Position numbers and translations under genes: made by a program. Below the pieces are notes generated by a model that was given only the letters and a program-made list of their open reading frames with translations, was not told where the DNA came from and searched no databases. A stretch of 59,628 nt of DNA, filler included, from Basidiobolus ranarum (taxonomy: Eukaryota): the NCBI GenBank assembly GCA_040143965.1. It is 12 parts of 12 records of this genome, joined end to end, with 100 filler letters (N's around TTAATTAATTAA, not from the genome) between each part and the next. Parts side by side here need not be neighbours in the genome. Positions count along the whole stretch, not along the records: positions 1 to 4,891 come from JASJQH010001793.1; positions 4,992 to 9,880 come from JASJQH010001794.1; positions 9,981 to 14,868 come from JASJQH010001795.1; 9 more parts are not named here. One strand, written 5' to 3'. Of the stretch, positions 1 through 12,035 are shown in pieces; position 1 is the first letter of the stretch, and each line of letters begins with the position of its first letter.

Positions 1-143
1 TTACTACTATCCACATACAACACTATACTACATGAGCGTACCATCAAGAGCCTGGGCATATTTCAACATGCTCACTGATATCAATTCACCAAATAGTCAG
101 TCTAACATCAAACATGGTATTAGCTGTAAGCCTAAGATTATAT
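1..143 (+). mobile_element. CACTA/CMC transposase fragment
   Basis: YYYPHTTLYYMSVPSRAWAYFNMLTD...KPKII closely matches 3113-3256, which lies inside the transposase remnant at 2200-3260. Confidence 0.55.
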
Positions 144-146
144 TGC

Positions 147-325
147 TATATCTCCAAAAAAATCATTGTGTCCGATTGCGGTGGGATAGTGCCATACTGT
201 TCCTTATAGTGTCCAATTGAGTGTTTTAGGACCCAGCCATGGTAATTGACAGATCATGCCAGATGGTGTACTAGCAGGCTGGATTGAGCGGCACAATCTG
301 ACCTGTTCCGATGGAACAAGTCTAT
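147..325 (+). repeat. Unclassified ~180-bp interspersed repeat (family A)
   Basis: Reverse-complement match to 34612-34791; most differences are CG/TG/CA transitions. Confidence 0.75.
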
Positions 326-399
326 TCTCTATTACATCTGTACAAAATGATGCCTAAAATCTATAGGTTATTAGCTAATGAAATACCACTGTCTTTTTC

Positions 400-820
400 T
401 TCAAATAAGGTATTTGCCCTTTTTTCCATGTATCCTTAATGAGTAAACAAGTTCCTAAATAACATAGCTTCTTGTGTAGCAGCAGAGGCTGCCATACACT
501 CTGCTTTGGTAGTAGGAAGTGCTCTGGTTGGCTGTATCATACTATTCGTAGTTGCTGATCCATTACCTTAGAGAAAAGTGGACTCAGGTGTTTATCTTCT
601 ATTTTCAAGGTTTCTTCCCCTATCTGCATCACTATAGCCTTCAGAATTGCATGCATCTGATTTGCCACAGTATTCTAACACTAGATTTATAGTTCCACTC
701 ATATAGTAGAATATTTCTTTTACTGCTGTTGTGTGCTCAGATTCTGGATTTTAGAGGTATTGGCTTACTATTCCCACTGCCACAGCAATGTCTGGATGCA
801 TTCCAGCCATTACATACCTG
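400..820 (-). mobile_element. Ty1/Copia RT C-terminus/RNase H remnant
   Basis: Minus-strand translation ...HPDIAVAVGIVSQY...EGYSDADRG...ALPTTKAECMAASAATQEA matches Copia RPDI and GYSDADWA...ALSTTEAEY motifs; in-frame stops. Confidence 0.8.
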
Positions 821-821
821 A

Positions 822-1760
822 AACTGATTATCAACTTTTTGAGTTTCATGAGTTGAATTTTAAGATCTCATAGAATTATTGCACATGGTGGGCTACAATC
901 TCAACAAACTAAAGATCAACACATGTGTAAAAAACACAACTCAAGTTTTGCACATTTACCACTTGAACTTTGATTTGTCACCATTGAAGTCCTATTTTCT
1001 TTGATATACTCTCCTGAATATTTTTATGAAGTTATTAATACCCAGTGGTTAGCTCATATTCAACACAAGTTTGTATCATTATCTCCATCAAAGTGCACCA
1101 GGGTATTAACATTGCTGAATCAACATTCTTCCAGCTATCTGGCAGAAGCCCTGTAATATTGTGCCACTCTGTATTAAGTTCTTCCCAGATATCTGCATGG
1201 TCAACACCAGACTGAATGTCAAGTTGAATGTTCTTCTTCCAAAGCCCCTTTCTGCATACTTGCACTGTGTTTTTCCCTTCATACTTCTGAAAATACTGCC
1301 CAAGCACTTTGACTATTTTAATATATCCATGTAGTGTGACACTATTGAGGATGTTTTGTGGTGTTTGTGTGGCTTTGTGCTTGTCTTTAAGTTTGGGGCT
1401 AGTTTCAACACTTTGAAAAGTACCAGTTGAGGTTGAAGAGGCATGAGTTTTATTTGCTGTTGCTTTTGCTTGTAGAGAGATGCCAGGTGTTAGATAAACT
1501 TCCAAATTTAGCATTGTTGCAATGGGTATACCTGGTGGCAAGATGAAGTAAGCTTTTTTGCCAGTGTATCTGACTCTAGAAATTCAGATCTATGTAATGG
1601 TGTTGAGAATCCAGTAAGTTGGACAGTCAAGCATAAGCTCACTGGCCCCTTTGCTTTTCTCTTGGGTTTACCAACTTCCTGCTCCTTGTTTACTTCTTTA
1701 GCTGCTTTTCTTTCTTTTCTGTAAATCCCCTGCTAACTCATCTGTGATACCCTCTCAGAA
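822..1760 (-). mobile_element. Decayed second ORF of a putative CACTA/CMC element
   Basis: ORF 1035-1541 is paralogous to 10990-11860 (LNLEVY.PG.S.QAK...STGTFQ); that copy runs into a CCCTAACA terminus at 10843. Confidence 0.5.
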
Positions 1761-2199
1761 CTCTGCTGACAATATTGATGGCATATACTTAGGATCACCC
1801 TTACCTAGGAAGTTCTGCTTTTTCTACAATATTCTTGTCAAGCTGCTGCACAAATGTCTAAAGAAGCCTTGCTATTTTTGTCACAAATTCTTGTGCTATG
1901 ACAGCTGAAGGCTCCATGGATATGGTAACAACAAGCCTAGTCACTGTACATAGACACCAGCTGCACACAGCCTGGTGAAGATCCACAGTAATAAGTGCAC
2001 AAAATCATCTTTAGTATTACCTACTAAGTCCACTTGCTGTGCTTTACCTCAAAATTTTGGTAAAACTGCTGAAAGTCAAGATACTGTGATGTTACTGTGA
2101 TGTTACCACTGCTTTATGATTGGGATAATGCTGGTATAAATGTAACTTAGGTCAAACTATTAAGACCAGACAACTTTCAGAACATGCTGCTGGATAATG

Positions 2200-3260
2200 A
2201 CCTTGGTGATTTGAGTACTGAGAGGAGTATCTCAGAAGAAGAAGTTAATATTTTTGCTATGGACTCTTTTGATTGGCAAGCTTTAGTCCCCTCTTGACAC
2301 TTACTGTAGAGGAACCAGCTTTATTTATTAAGTAGTGGAGAGTTCAATCCAATCTTAGCAACTAAATATTTGTTGGTTTTCTTATACATTTGTCACAGTT
2401 GTTTGGCACCTAATGCTTTCTACAGACCTGGATCAAGTGGAAAACACTTGTCAATTGTTTGACTCATGATCCATTGGTAATAAACTATCTTCATGTACAA
2501 TTTTTTTTTGGCCTTCATTGGTGATCTGAAAAGCCTGAAGTCATATACTGTTTGCACACAATTGGCATTTACTGAAGTAGGTAAATATTGTTCATATTCA
2601 GCTTGTATACCGTTGATACCTTGTCTTAAAGTTTTGATAAAATCAACAAATATAGATCATTGATCTAATACCAAAGTACTCATTGTAAAGCTGATGATGT
2701 TAACAATCTACCTGATGGATATCACTACCAGAATCAGAACAGTCAAGTTTTCTTGAAGAACAAAGATGGTCATGCATTTGCATTGGCTCTGGATGGTTTC
2801 TCACTAAGCAAATATACTGTTGGAAAGGCTTGCTGGCAAATAATTTTAATCTACTTTAATCCTCCTGCTTCTGAACAGTATAAGAGTCATAATATTTTGA
2901 TAATATCCATTATATTGCTTCCTGAGCCTTTAAATGATGAGTTTGAACAGCTATATAATGCAGTTTGATGGTGAAAACTTTTTAAGCCAACATCAATGCA
3001 TGTATTGGTGACACTCCTACCATCAGTAAGTTTAGAGGTTATTGCAGACTCAATGCATTGTCTCACTGTGGATGTTGTCAAATCAATGGAGTTTACTCTA
3101 TCAGGCATACATATTACTACCATCCCAATACAACACTATACTACATGTGTTTACCATCAAGAGCCTGGTCATATTTCAACATGCTCACTGATATCTATTC
3201 ACCAAATAGTCAGTCTAACATCAAGCTTGGTATTAGCCATAAGCCTAAGATTATATAGCC
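2200..3260 (+). mobile_element. CACTA/En-Spm (Transposase_21-like) transposase pseudogene
   Basis: Ordered motifs LAFIGDLKSL..C...CIPLIPCL; ALALDGFS...CWQIILIYFNPP...EPL; CIGDTPTISKFRG...HCGCCQINGVY...YYHP; disrupted by stops and frameshifts. Confidence 0.8.
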
Positions 3261-3479
3261 CAAGGGGATCAGCTGGAGCCAGAGCTTCCCATTAGGCACT
3301 ATGTACTTACTATTCAACACAATTCTATTACTACTTACTTAGCTATCAAGTGGACAATTCAGTATGAATGAGCCATTTGAGAGAGGATCAAAGTTTGAAT
3401 TGTTTAAGAAAATACTTTAAAACACAAAGACACAATCATATTATACCAGGACTCCCAGCAATATGCACTCATCTAAGTG

Positions 3480-4305
3480 TTTATTCCAATACAAAGACTG
3501 GGAGTAGGAGTTTATGCATTCAAGAGGAATCTTGAAAGATTTGTGCCTAATAAGTATGGGCAAATTGGGAGTTGTTTGTGGATATTGTGGATATATTCAC
3601 AAGCCATTAACTCACATTGGCATATCTTTTGCAGATATAGCAACTGTGCAAAGATTTGGAAATTGGGTATGAAAAACTTTGTTAAAGGCTTAAGAAGATA
3701 GATTGAATCTATGCCAGTATTCAATACATATCCTGCTGCATCTACCACTATGATTAGAGATTATAGGCCCTTACTATATATTTTTGGAGTTACCAGTGGA
3801 GGATTCAACACATCAAGGAGACTCCAGAGTATATTAAGCTTCCAATTAAGGGCTCCTTTCAATGTACTCATTGGTTTTTCCATTGTTTGTGCACAATAAC
3901 ACCAACAAAACCCAAATTATGGAATCAAAGAAAGTATAATTTGGCCTAATTTGTTTGTGTGATGACATGATAGTATTTCTAGGAAAGCTGCATGACAAGT
4001 CTATTGGTGAGATAAATCAATATGTGCTGTACCATCATTTTAACTATGGAGCAATCTATTCAAGCAATGACACAGCTACTTGAGGCAGGACATATGTTGA
4101 CTGCAAGTTGGATATATTTCAGCTGAATTGTTTATGGAAATTTCCCAAAAAGCAAGAGCTCATTCTAAATGTGAATAGTGACCAGAGTCTGCTATTTGCC
4201 AAGTGTCAGTGCAATTCAAAATTACAGTTATGTAGCTATTTTTCTCCATAGGAGTGCTGGTAAACCATATTGATGTTGTAGAGTTATATTAAATCAATCA
4301 AGTAT
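3480..4305 (-). mobile_element. CACTA/CMC transposase C-terminal remnant
   Basis: LSLIP*FGFCWCYCAQTMEKPMSTLK resembles the GP.W..W...ER..G.LK motif; homologous pieces at 9981-10100 and 10560-10842. Confidence 0.55.
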
Positions 4306-4891
4306 TGTTGAAGTCAGGTAAATAGTAACTCAATATTTAGTAGTTAGTTTTTTCATATATTGATATAGTACCTAATTCTGCCATTAAAAAATGTGTGTTT
4401 ATTGCTCTAATTGACAGAAATATGAATTAGATCACTTTTACTAATTCTCACTATTTTCTCAAATCTTTTCCAAGTCATCTTACACTTTCACCCATGCTTA
4501 ACAGGCATGTTGTTTAAGATCTAAGCACCTCCAAAAGTACTATTTCATTGTGAACTATAAATGCACATATTCAACTCAATAAAACCCAATTTACTAGTTC
4601 ACAAATCCAAATCTAAAACCCATGGTATATGATGACTAAGCACTAGATGCAGTTGGTAAGGGCACAGTTGTCCTCAATTTAGATCAAAATTCAGCTACAC
4701 CATCTGTAAAACTGGTTGATGTACTCTGTGTGGCAAATAGAGCCAAGAATCTACGCTCAGCAAGCCAAGCAACAGCTCCAGGACTAAGTTTTGTGTTCAG
4801 CAAGGCTTGATGCTCCATCACACATCAGAAAAATATCAAATTAGCTACTGCAATCAAAACTAAAAACTTATAAAAGCTTGGATTTTGAAGG
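4306..4891 (+). mobile_element. Copia LTR (family C2, ~4306-4615) joined to a protease-region fragment
   Basis: Begins TGTTGAAG; matches LTRs at 31568-31916 and 33763-34112; downstream DD*ALDAVGKGTVVLNLDQNS matches ORF 30458-31186. Confidence 0.75.
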
Positions 4892-4991
4892 NNNNNNNNN
4901 NNNNNNNNNNNNNNNNNNNNNNNNNNNNNNNNNNNTTAATTAATTAANNNNNNNNNNNNNNNNNNNNNNNNNNNNNNNNNNNNNNNNNNNN
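4892..4991. other. Artificial contig linker (44 N + TTAATTAATTAA + 44 N)
   Basis: Identical linkers at 9881-9980, 14869-14968, 19852-19951, 24834-24933, 29814-29913, 34792-34891, 39765-39864, 44735-44834, 49702-49801, 54666-54765; the 12-mer gives stops in all six frames. Confidence 0.99.
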
Positions 4992-5000
4992 TTTATTAAG

Positions 5001-5218
5001 CCAAAGACCCATCCCTGATGCCAACGTTCCCTGAAATCCGCAATGAAATCTTGGAGAGAACCAAGTAATACGAATACACATCTTTATTTGTTATCAACAT
5101 TCCACTAACTAGTGATTTAAGACGGCGCCAATTGCACGAGGAGAACCAAAAGAAACGGCAAGCCAAAGAAGACGATGGCTTCTTTGGGAGTAGCTATAAG
5201 AAAAAACTTGTTATGTGA
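5001..5218 (+). CDS. 3' end of an unidentified spliced gene
   Basis: KDPSLMPTFPEIRNEILERT, GT-AG intron 5065-5112 with CTAAC branch point, then in-frame DLRRRQLHEENQKKRQAKEDDGFFGSSYKKKLVM*. Confidence 0.55.
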
Positions 5219-5329
5219 GATTATTTTATTGTTGTATATAAATAGATTCAACATCGTCAATGCTTAACGCCGGCAGTATACTTGGTATTAGAAGAACATA
5301 AATCACTAATCGATATCAAGAAACAAATA

Positions 5330-6383
5330 AATGTCGATTGCCATTCAACTAGTTAGCAGAACCGTAGTGTATCCCGCCTACAGAGTATCTAGATTGTAAC
5401 TGAATCCCAGTTGAGGATTCTAGACCACTCTCTGTGGCATAGGCTAGAGCAAAGGTGACATCAAAGGGCCAGTATCCATATAGACTAACTTAGCATTACT
5501 TATATATCTTCCATAATACTTGAAGCCACATAGCAGTATACCCCAATAGAATGAGCGAATATTAGCCACAGATCTAAATTTGGATAGTTATTGAATATAA
5601 ATTTGAAACTATATAGTTCGGGTTTAATAGAGCCAGAGGAGAGACATGGATAATCTTTTGTGCACATTGATGCCAATACTACCATGATAGATGATTAGAA
5701 CCCCCTTACTCCTATGAATAACCTCTCACCCATCCGTTGTATACCCTGATGTGTGGTGTGAGAGATTGATTCGTCGTTGGGCATTTGCTACGCTTTTGAA
5801 TTTGCCATCGATCAAGTTCGAAACTTATTTCACTATAGTTCCAAGCAAGTATGTCATTTAACAACAAGGTGGCACTTGATACATACATGCATAGTACGAA
5901 ATTCAATGGCATAGTCTTTGTTAGAGATGAGCACCACGCTTGAGAATAGTTGTAAACAGGTAGTATGTTGCTTCGAAATATGCTACTTCTGCTAATTCCA
6001 CTAGCTATAGGTGTATGGAGAGTAACTGTGACTATGTTCCATCGTTTCCCCAAATTGCCATTGGAAACCTTGATCAAATCAAAGAACAATCTCGATAAAA
6101 AGTCACACTGGGCTTGAATTGATAATCTCACCATAAGTGACGTATTAAGCAGTGTATGGTAAAGAATGGATCACCTCAGTTAATACTAGAATTTCCAATA
6201 AACCGCAGCCTGGATATATTCATAGTGACTCATGTAAAGATGGAGTGCTGTTTCAGAATACTTGTGAGTGCTGTATACCTGTTTCCTTCGTAAATCAGGA
6301 GTTCGTCCAAACACAGGGGATCCAATTACCAAGGGTCAATACACCGGTTTATTTAGGAGCTGTCTGGTCGCTAAATGGAACAT
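5330..6383 (-). pseudogene. Possible PPR-protein pseudogene
   Basis: Presequence-like start MFHLATRQLLNK then stops; PPR-like remnants LTPHIRVYNGWVRGYS, IKPELYSF, WNIVTV, WDSVT. Confidence 0.4.
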
Positions 6384-7346
6384 AATAAAACACACGGGAG
6401 TGCATAAAGAGTGTATAGAACATTGTTGGAGGATGTTTACCAAATGCCCTTTACCACTAGCAATAGATAAACAGCAATTTACTTTGCGTTACGATGACTC
6501 CCATCTTATGACCCAAAGCGCCTATGTATATTGCGCAAAATCGGAGATAGCTTAGCTTGTCGGCAATTAGAGATGAGTAGCCAATCAAATTGTCTTCTGA
6601 AATTACCGCTCATTACGTCCAATGATCTCTCCTATTCGTGGGGTATGCAAATGCTACGTTACCAGCCCCCTTTTTATAGATTCTCAGGCGGTGAATTCAG
6701 GATAGAATAGTGCACGTTGCCCTAATCCACCCCCTTTCACATAAACACCAATTTATTGTTACCACAATTTGCATTCATTACCTTTACATTGCGAATTTGG
6801 AGTGCTTCCATTCGCTTCCTTTCCATAGGCACACAGCGGATTGTTGGTCAGCCGCTTGGTCAGCCGCTTGCCGTCAATCACCATAGGTATCGGAGGCAAA
6901 GTATTAAGCCTATTTTGTTTCTCACAATTTACAATACGAATAATATAAGCATATATATTTATTATCCGCGAGGTTGAGGCTAGTAGGATATATTTGTTTC
7001 AAACAGACATTCAAATTGGGAAATCTGGTGCAAGGGTTCGCCAGAATGGTGGTAATTATTACTAGTTGGTCCAATAAAGGCTGATTCTACATTCCGACCA
7101 TTGTTATGAGACTGAGTTAACTATAAATCAGCTGGTGCTAATAGCTTTTACAATAGGAATAATTTATTATCCTATAATCTGATATCCGTGTAACCTCTTC
7201 CATAAATTTGACCCATCTGCTCAGATTCCTAAAAATTCTCGACTTGACCATTTCTCTAACCAAGATATCAATTCATATTGAACCATACACATACCTAAGA
7301 CAAGTGTATTATTTACTTCATATTCATTTTTTTGCCATTTTCAAAG

Positions 7347-8636
7347 ATGAATGTTCATTTCGAGTGCCCTGAGTTGGACCAACTTGCTGCTCTCTGCACG
7401 AAACGTGCTCTATCCGTTCCTCCCGAATCCATCAGTATGGACACTTTCGATAAGGACGATTCACAACTTAGTAAAGCTCGTCGCCATTCAGTTCCTCTTC
7501 AAAAGGCTGTAGAAACAACGTTGAGTCAGCCCATTACACCAGTATTTCCTCAGCTTGCCAGTCCCCTGGATGCTTTGGTTTTTGCTGCTCAAGCGACTGT
7601 TGAGCTTGCAGAGGAGAAGATGAAGCAGGAGCAAGATCCCTCTTCTCCCACTAGGAGTAAAGAATATCAGTGTAATTTTTCGGGCTGTGGTAAACACTTT
7701 TATCAGCTGGCTCATCTTCGCATTCATGAAAGGTAAAGTTTCCCTCTGATTGTAGAGGTTGCCGCTGATAGTATTTGGGTAGTACGTATATCTAACTTTC
7801 ATATGTTTTGCATTCTTTTTCAGATGTCATACTGGAATTAGGCCATATGTAAGCGTCACCTGATAGCATTCTACCGTCTCGAACTCTGTTTTTTAACTTT
7901 TGAGAATAACCATTTATTCTTCAGGTTTGTAAATATGAGGGATGCGATAAAGCTTTTACTCAGCTAGGAAACCTCAAGACGCATGAAAGAAAGCACACCG
8001 GTGAAAGACCTTATGTGGTAAATATCATTGGTGTTTACAGCTGACGAGCAATACGTTTATAAGATGATAGTCTCACACAGCGACTTTTTGGATTAATTCA
8101 GTGTCAACATCCGGGTTGTGAAAAATCTTTCACACAGCTAGGGAATCTAAAAACTCACGAACGGATCCATCAAGCAGTTAAGCCCTATATCTGCTCCATC
8201 TGTGGAAAAGGGTTCCGTCAACGTGGCAATCTCAAGGTGCGTGTTGTTGGAAAATGCATTATCGACTATGTCATACAAAAGTTTATAGCATACCTCCATC
8301 AATTACCTTGCAAATCGACATTTATTTACCAATCCTCACTCCTCTTCACCTATCGATAATATCGAACTTTAGACTCACCAGTTTAAAATGCACTCCGAAC
8401 CGAGCCTACTGAAGGACAGTCTTTCTAAAGACAGCATCTACTTCACTCCCCCCAGCATGCTAATGGAAGGGAAAGAGCTAAAAGCAAGGGTATCCGGCAA
8501 CGTCAACGAAGAGGTCTTTCTACTTGGCCGCATCAAAGATCTTATAAGAAAACGGCAAGTTAGGTCGGATGAAACAGAAACAAATAAGAGACGACCAGTT
8601 ATCATGCCAGCTGACGATAGCGACATAAGTGATTAA
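7347..8636 (+). CDS. AZF1-like C2H2 zinc-finger transcription factor (4 fingers, 5 exons)
   Basis: Exons 7347-7732, 7824-7848, 7925-8017, 8102-8236, 8373-8636 splice in frame at GT-AG; fingers include [29 protein letters not shown]. Confidence 0.9.
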
Positions 8637-9405
8637 GCATCTGTTTTGTTTCTGGTAACTTTGTCCCAGCTTCTCAGTGTATTATATTTCATATCTCACA
8701 GTTTCTGTTCTTTTCAAGTTGCCAGTTATATTCACGTCATTTCTAGTCCTCTCAACGCATCGTGACTACCTTTGACGTTAGTATTTCATTTACCTTTCTG
8801 CATAGTGTATTATAGTTTTGGGTGTATATTAGGGTGTATACTCGGTTGCGTTTTAAAGGTAGTTGATTGCTTTTCAACACCAAGTTCTTTTTCATCACTC
8901 AAAGTTCATCTTTCGGTGTCCGATTTAATGAATGATGTTTATTTTTTTCAAGTGAGCTGCGGTGCTCAAAGCTGAGCATTTTTGCTCTTGAGGCTGCACA
9001 TATTCCTTTATCGACTTTTGTATCATATTTGGATTGATTCGTGATATCTGTTGTCAGTTATAAATGTGTCTCGAATAGAGTTATAATTATTTTAACTGGA
9101 TCGAATATAATAAACAGTAATAGTAATCAATCCCTTTCGAAGCCATGTTTCTCTGACCAACTTCATGATCCTTCACACTTTTCTTTAGGATGTCAAAGTG
9201 CCTAGTAAATGGATTTTGTTTATAAGATCAACCTGTCGAATCAATAATTGAAATCAGCATACATATTGCCTTCATGCATGTTTAACTGAACCATCTACCA
9301 GACGCAGCAAATCCTTATCCTAAAATAGGTCAAAATAAACAATCAATATCCAAGATAAAATTCGTTACTGTTTTCCCCTCCAATTCAGTGTTCATATTAT
9401 TGCCC

Positions 9406-9880
9406 ATGACGACACAGAGAGTTCCCGAGAATACCTTACCACGACCAATTAAGAAACTCGATGAAGCAGTAGTCAATAGAATTGCTGCTGGAGAGGTACT
9501 TGAATATTTGAACTTTCTAATAACTCTCATATGGTGATAGTTAAAATACTTTCTAACTCACCTAAAGATTATACATAGGCCAGCAAACGCACTCAAAGAA
9601 TTACTCGAAAACTCTCTTGATGCGGGTTCAGCCTCTATATCAGTGTTGGTTAAGGATGGTGGCCTGAAGCTCTTACAAATCCAAGATACCGGTCATGGAA
9701 TTAGAGTAAATATATTTATCATGTAGCATACAGTGAGGAGACTACAGTGTTGACCAAGTTTTTCTACTTAAGAAAGAGGATTTAGGAATTGTTTGTGAAC
9801 GCTTTACAACTAGTAAACTAAAAGATTATGATGACTTAATGTCAATTGGAACATATGGCTTTCGAGGTGAAGCTCTTGCT
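9406..9880 (+). CDS. MLH1: DNA mismatch repair protein MLH1, 5' part (cut by contig end)
   Basis: Exons 9406-9495, 9568-9705, 9773-9880: [29 protein letters not shown]...[21 protein letters not shown]...[10 protein letters not shown]. Confidence 0.96.
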
Positions 9881-9980
9881 NNNNNNNNNNNNNNNNNNNN
9901 NNNNNNNNNNNNNNNNNNNNNNNNTTAATTAATTAANNNNNNNNNNNNNNNNNNNNNNNNNNNNNNNNNNNNNNNNNNNN

Positions 9981-11860
9981 AGCTATTTGCCAAGTGTCAG
10001 TGCTATTAAAAATTTCAGATGTTTAGCAATTTTTCCACCATTAGTTTGCTGGTAAAGCATATTGTTGTTGTTGAGTTTTGTCTAATCAGTCAAATATGTG
10101 CATTTGTAGAGACTAAACACAACAAGATTCTTGTATCTTTTGATTCTCATTTTGGCTAGAATACAAAGCCTAAAATATCTAAATAAAGGCATGCATATTC
10201 ATTTGAATTCCTACAGCAGTAAACCCAGTAATTTGCCATTTGAAAACTATATTTTTGCAAAAATTGCTGGATACTGAATAATGCATGCCAAATTTGAGGA
10301 TCAATATTTTAACATGTATGAATACCATTTTGATACTATCAAGAAACCACCATCACACCATCAAAATCCCTGGCAGAATGCAAGCCAATGATAATATGAT
10401 AGTTCTCTGACGGTTTTGCTATTTTGGCGGGTGGATCCAATCCGGATCAAATAAATTTTATTTTTGTTAGGGTTGTATTCTACCTGGACTCTCATCAACA
10501 TCCACTATGCTAGACATTTATTTAAAGCAAAAAATGGAAGTATTGGACTAGTATATATTTAAGTGGAATCTTGAAAAGATTATTGCCTCATAGGTACTGC
10601 CAACATTAGGAGCTGTTGGTGAATATTGTTAACATATTCTTATTGCCTCCACTCACATTGGTGGATCTCAGGTAGATACAGCAATGGTGCAAAGATTTAC
10701 TAATTGGATATGAAAAACTTTATTATAGATGTATAGCATATAGATTGAATCTATGCTGGTATTTAATACATTCCCTGCTACATTTTTCACAATGACAAGA
10801 GGTCATGGGCTCTTGCTATACATTTTGGGAGTTACAAATGCACCCTAACAGAAATTTGAGGATTGTTATTGCTAGAAAATCAATACAATTTAAATCCATT
10901 TTGAAATAACCATTTGCTTACCATCATAAAATTGCCTAGTTAGATTTTATTTTAATCAATTTTTTTGGTTTCAGGAGTGAAATTTCAAAACTTTGCAAGA
11001 TAGTTGTACATCTTTAGCTACAATCTCATAATACAATGGATCAACCCATGTGCAAAAAACATAACTCAAAGTATATATATTTACCACTTGAATGCTGATT
11101 TATCACCTTTGAAATCCCTAGTTTCTTTGATATATTCTCCTGAATATTTGCATGGAGTTCTTCATACCCAAGTTTTAGCTCATATCCAACACAAGTTTGT
11201 GTCAATATCTCTATAAAAGCCTACCATTGCATTAACGTTTCTGAATCACATTCTTCCAGCTATCTGGCAGTTACACTACAATATTTTGCCACTCTGTAAT
11301 AAGAGCTTCTCTGATATCTGCTTCGTCACAGCAGACTGAATGTAAAGATTAATGTTCTTCTTATGAAGCCACTTTCTGCATATTTACACAGTGTTTTTTT
11401 CCTCAATACTTTTGCAAATATTCCTCAAGCATTTGACTAATTTTGTTGTTCTTGTAGTATGATGCTACTGAGGGTGTTTTGTGGTCCTTGTGTAGCTTTT
11501 TTCCTGCCTTTGAGTTTTAGGCTAATTTTGACATTTTGAAAAGTACCAGTTGAGGTTGGAGAGTCATGAGTTTCATTAGCTGCAGTTTTGGCTTGTTGAG
11601 AGGTGCCAGGTCTTGGATAAACTTCCAAATTTAGCACTCTTCCACCTGGTGAGCTTAATTCTATGGTAATATTAAGCCTGTTTCCAGTATATATGCTGGT
11701 ATACCTGACTCTGCAAGTACAGATCTTTGTAATGATGTGAAGAATTTGGCAAGTGAGACAGTAGAGCCAAAACTCACTGGCTCCTTTGCTTTTTCCTTAG
11801 GTTTACAAACTTCCTGCTCCTTAAGTACATCTTTGGCTGCTTCTCTTTGTTTTCCAAGTT
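9981..11860 (-). mobile_element. Nested CACTA/CMC remnants with terminal motifs
   Basis: Homology to 822-1760 and 3480-4305; termini TTTTGTTAGGG ending 10472 and CCCTAACAG starting 10843. Confidence 0.6.
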
Positions 11861-11973
11861 GATAATGCATACATTTTTGAGATGTTGCATGAATAGCCTT
11901 ATACAAGTACCAGTGCCATTTGCTTGCAAAAACCAAGGATAAGCCCCATGAAATACATCAAGACACTTCTTAG

Positions 11974-12035
11974 TATTGAAATTATTTAGAAAGAAATATG
12001 AGTCAGGCCAGGATTTGAACCTGGGACCTCCTTCA
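11974..12035 (-). mobile_element. Truncated copy of the tRNA-carrying LTR-like element
   Basis: Minus strand GAAGGAGGTCCCAGGTTCAAATCCTGGCCTGACTCATATTTCTTTCTAAATAATTTCAATA matches 20611-20671; intact B box; cut by the Copia LTR at 12036. Confidence 0.75.

Noticed and set aside
4936-4947. Periodic TTAATTAATTAA palindrome as a biological repeat or CRISPR-like array
   Set aside because: Always centred in N runs; a synthetic six-frame stop spacer.
6844-6870. 12-bp tandem duplication TTGGTCAGCCGC upstream of the zinc-finger gene
   Set aside because: Two copies only; consistent with slippage and no evidence of function.
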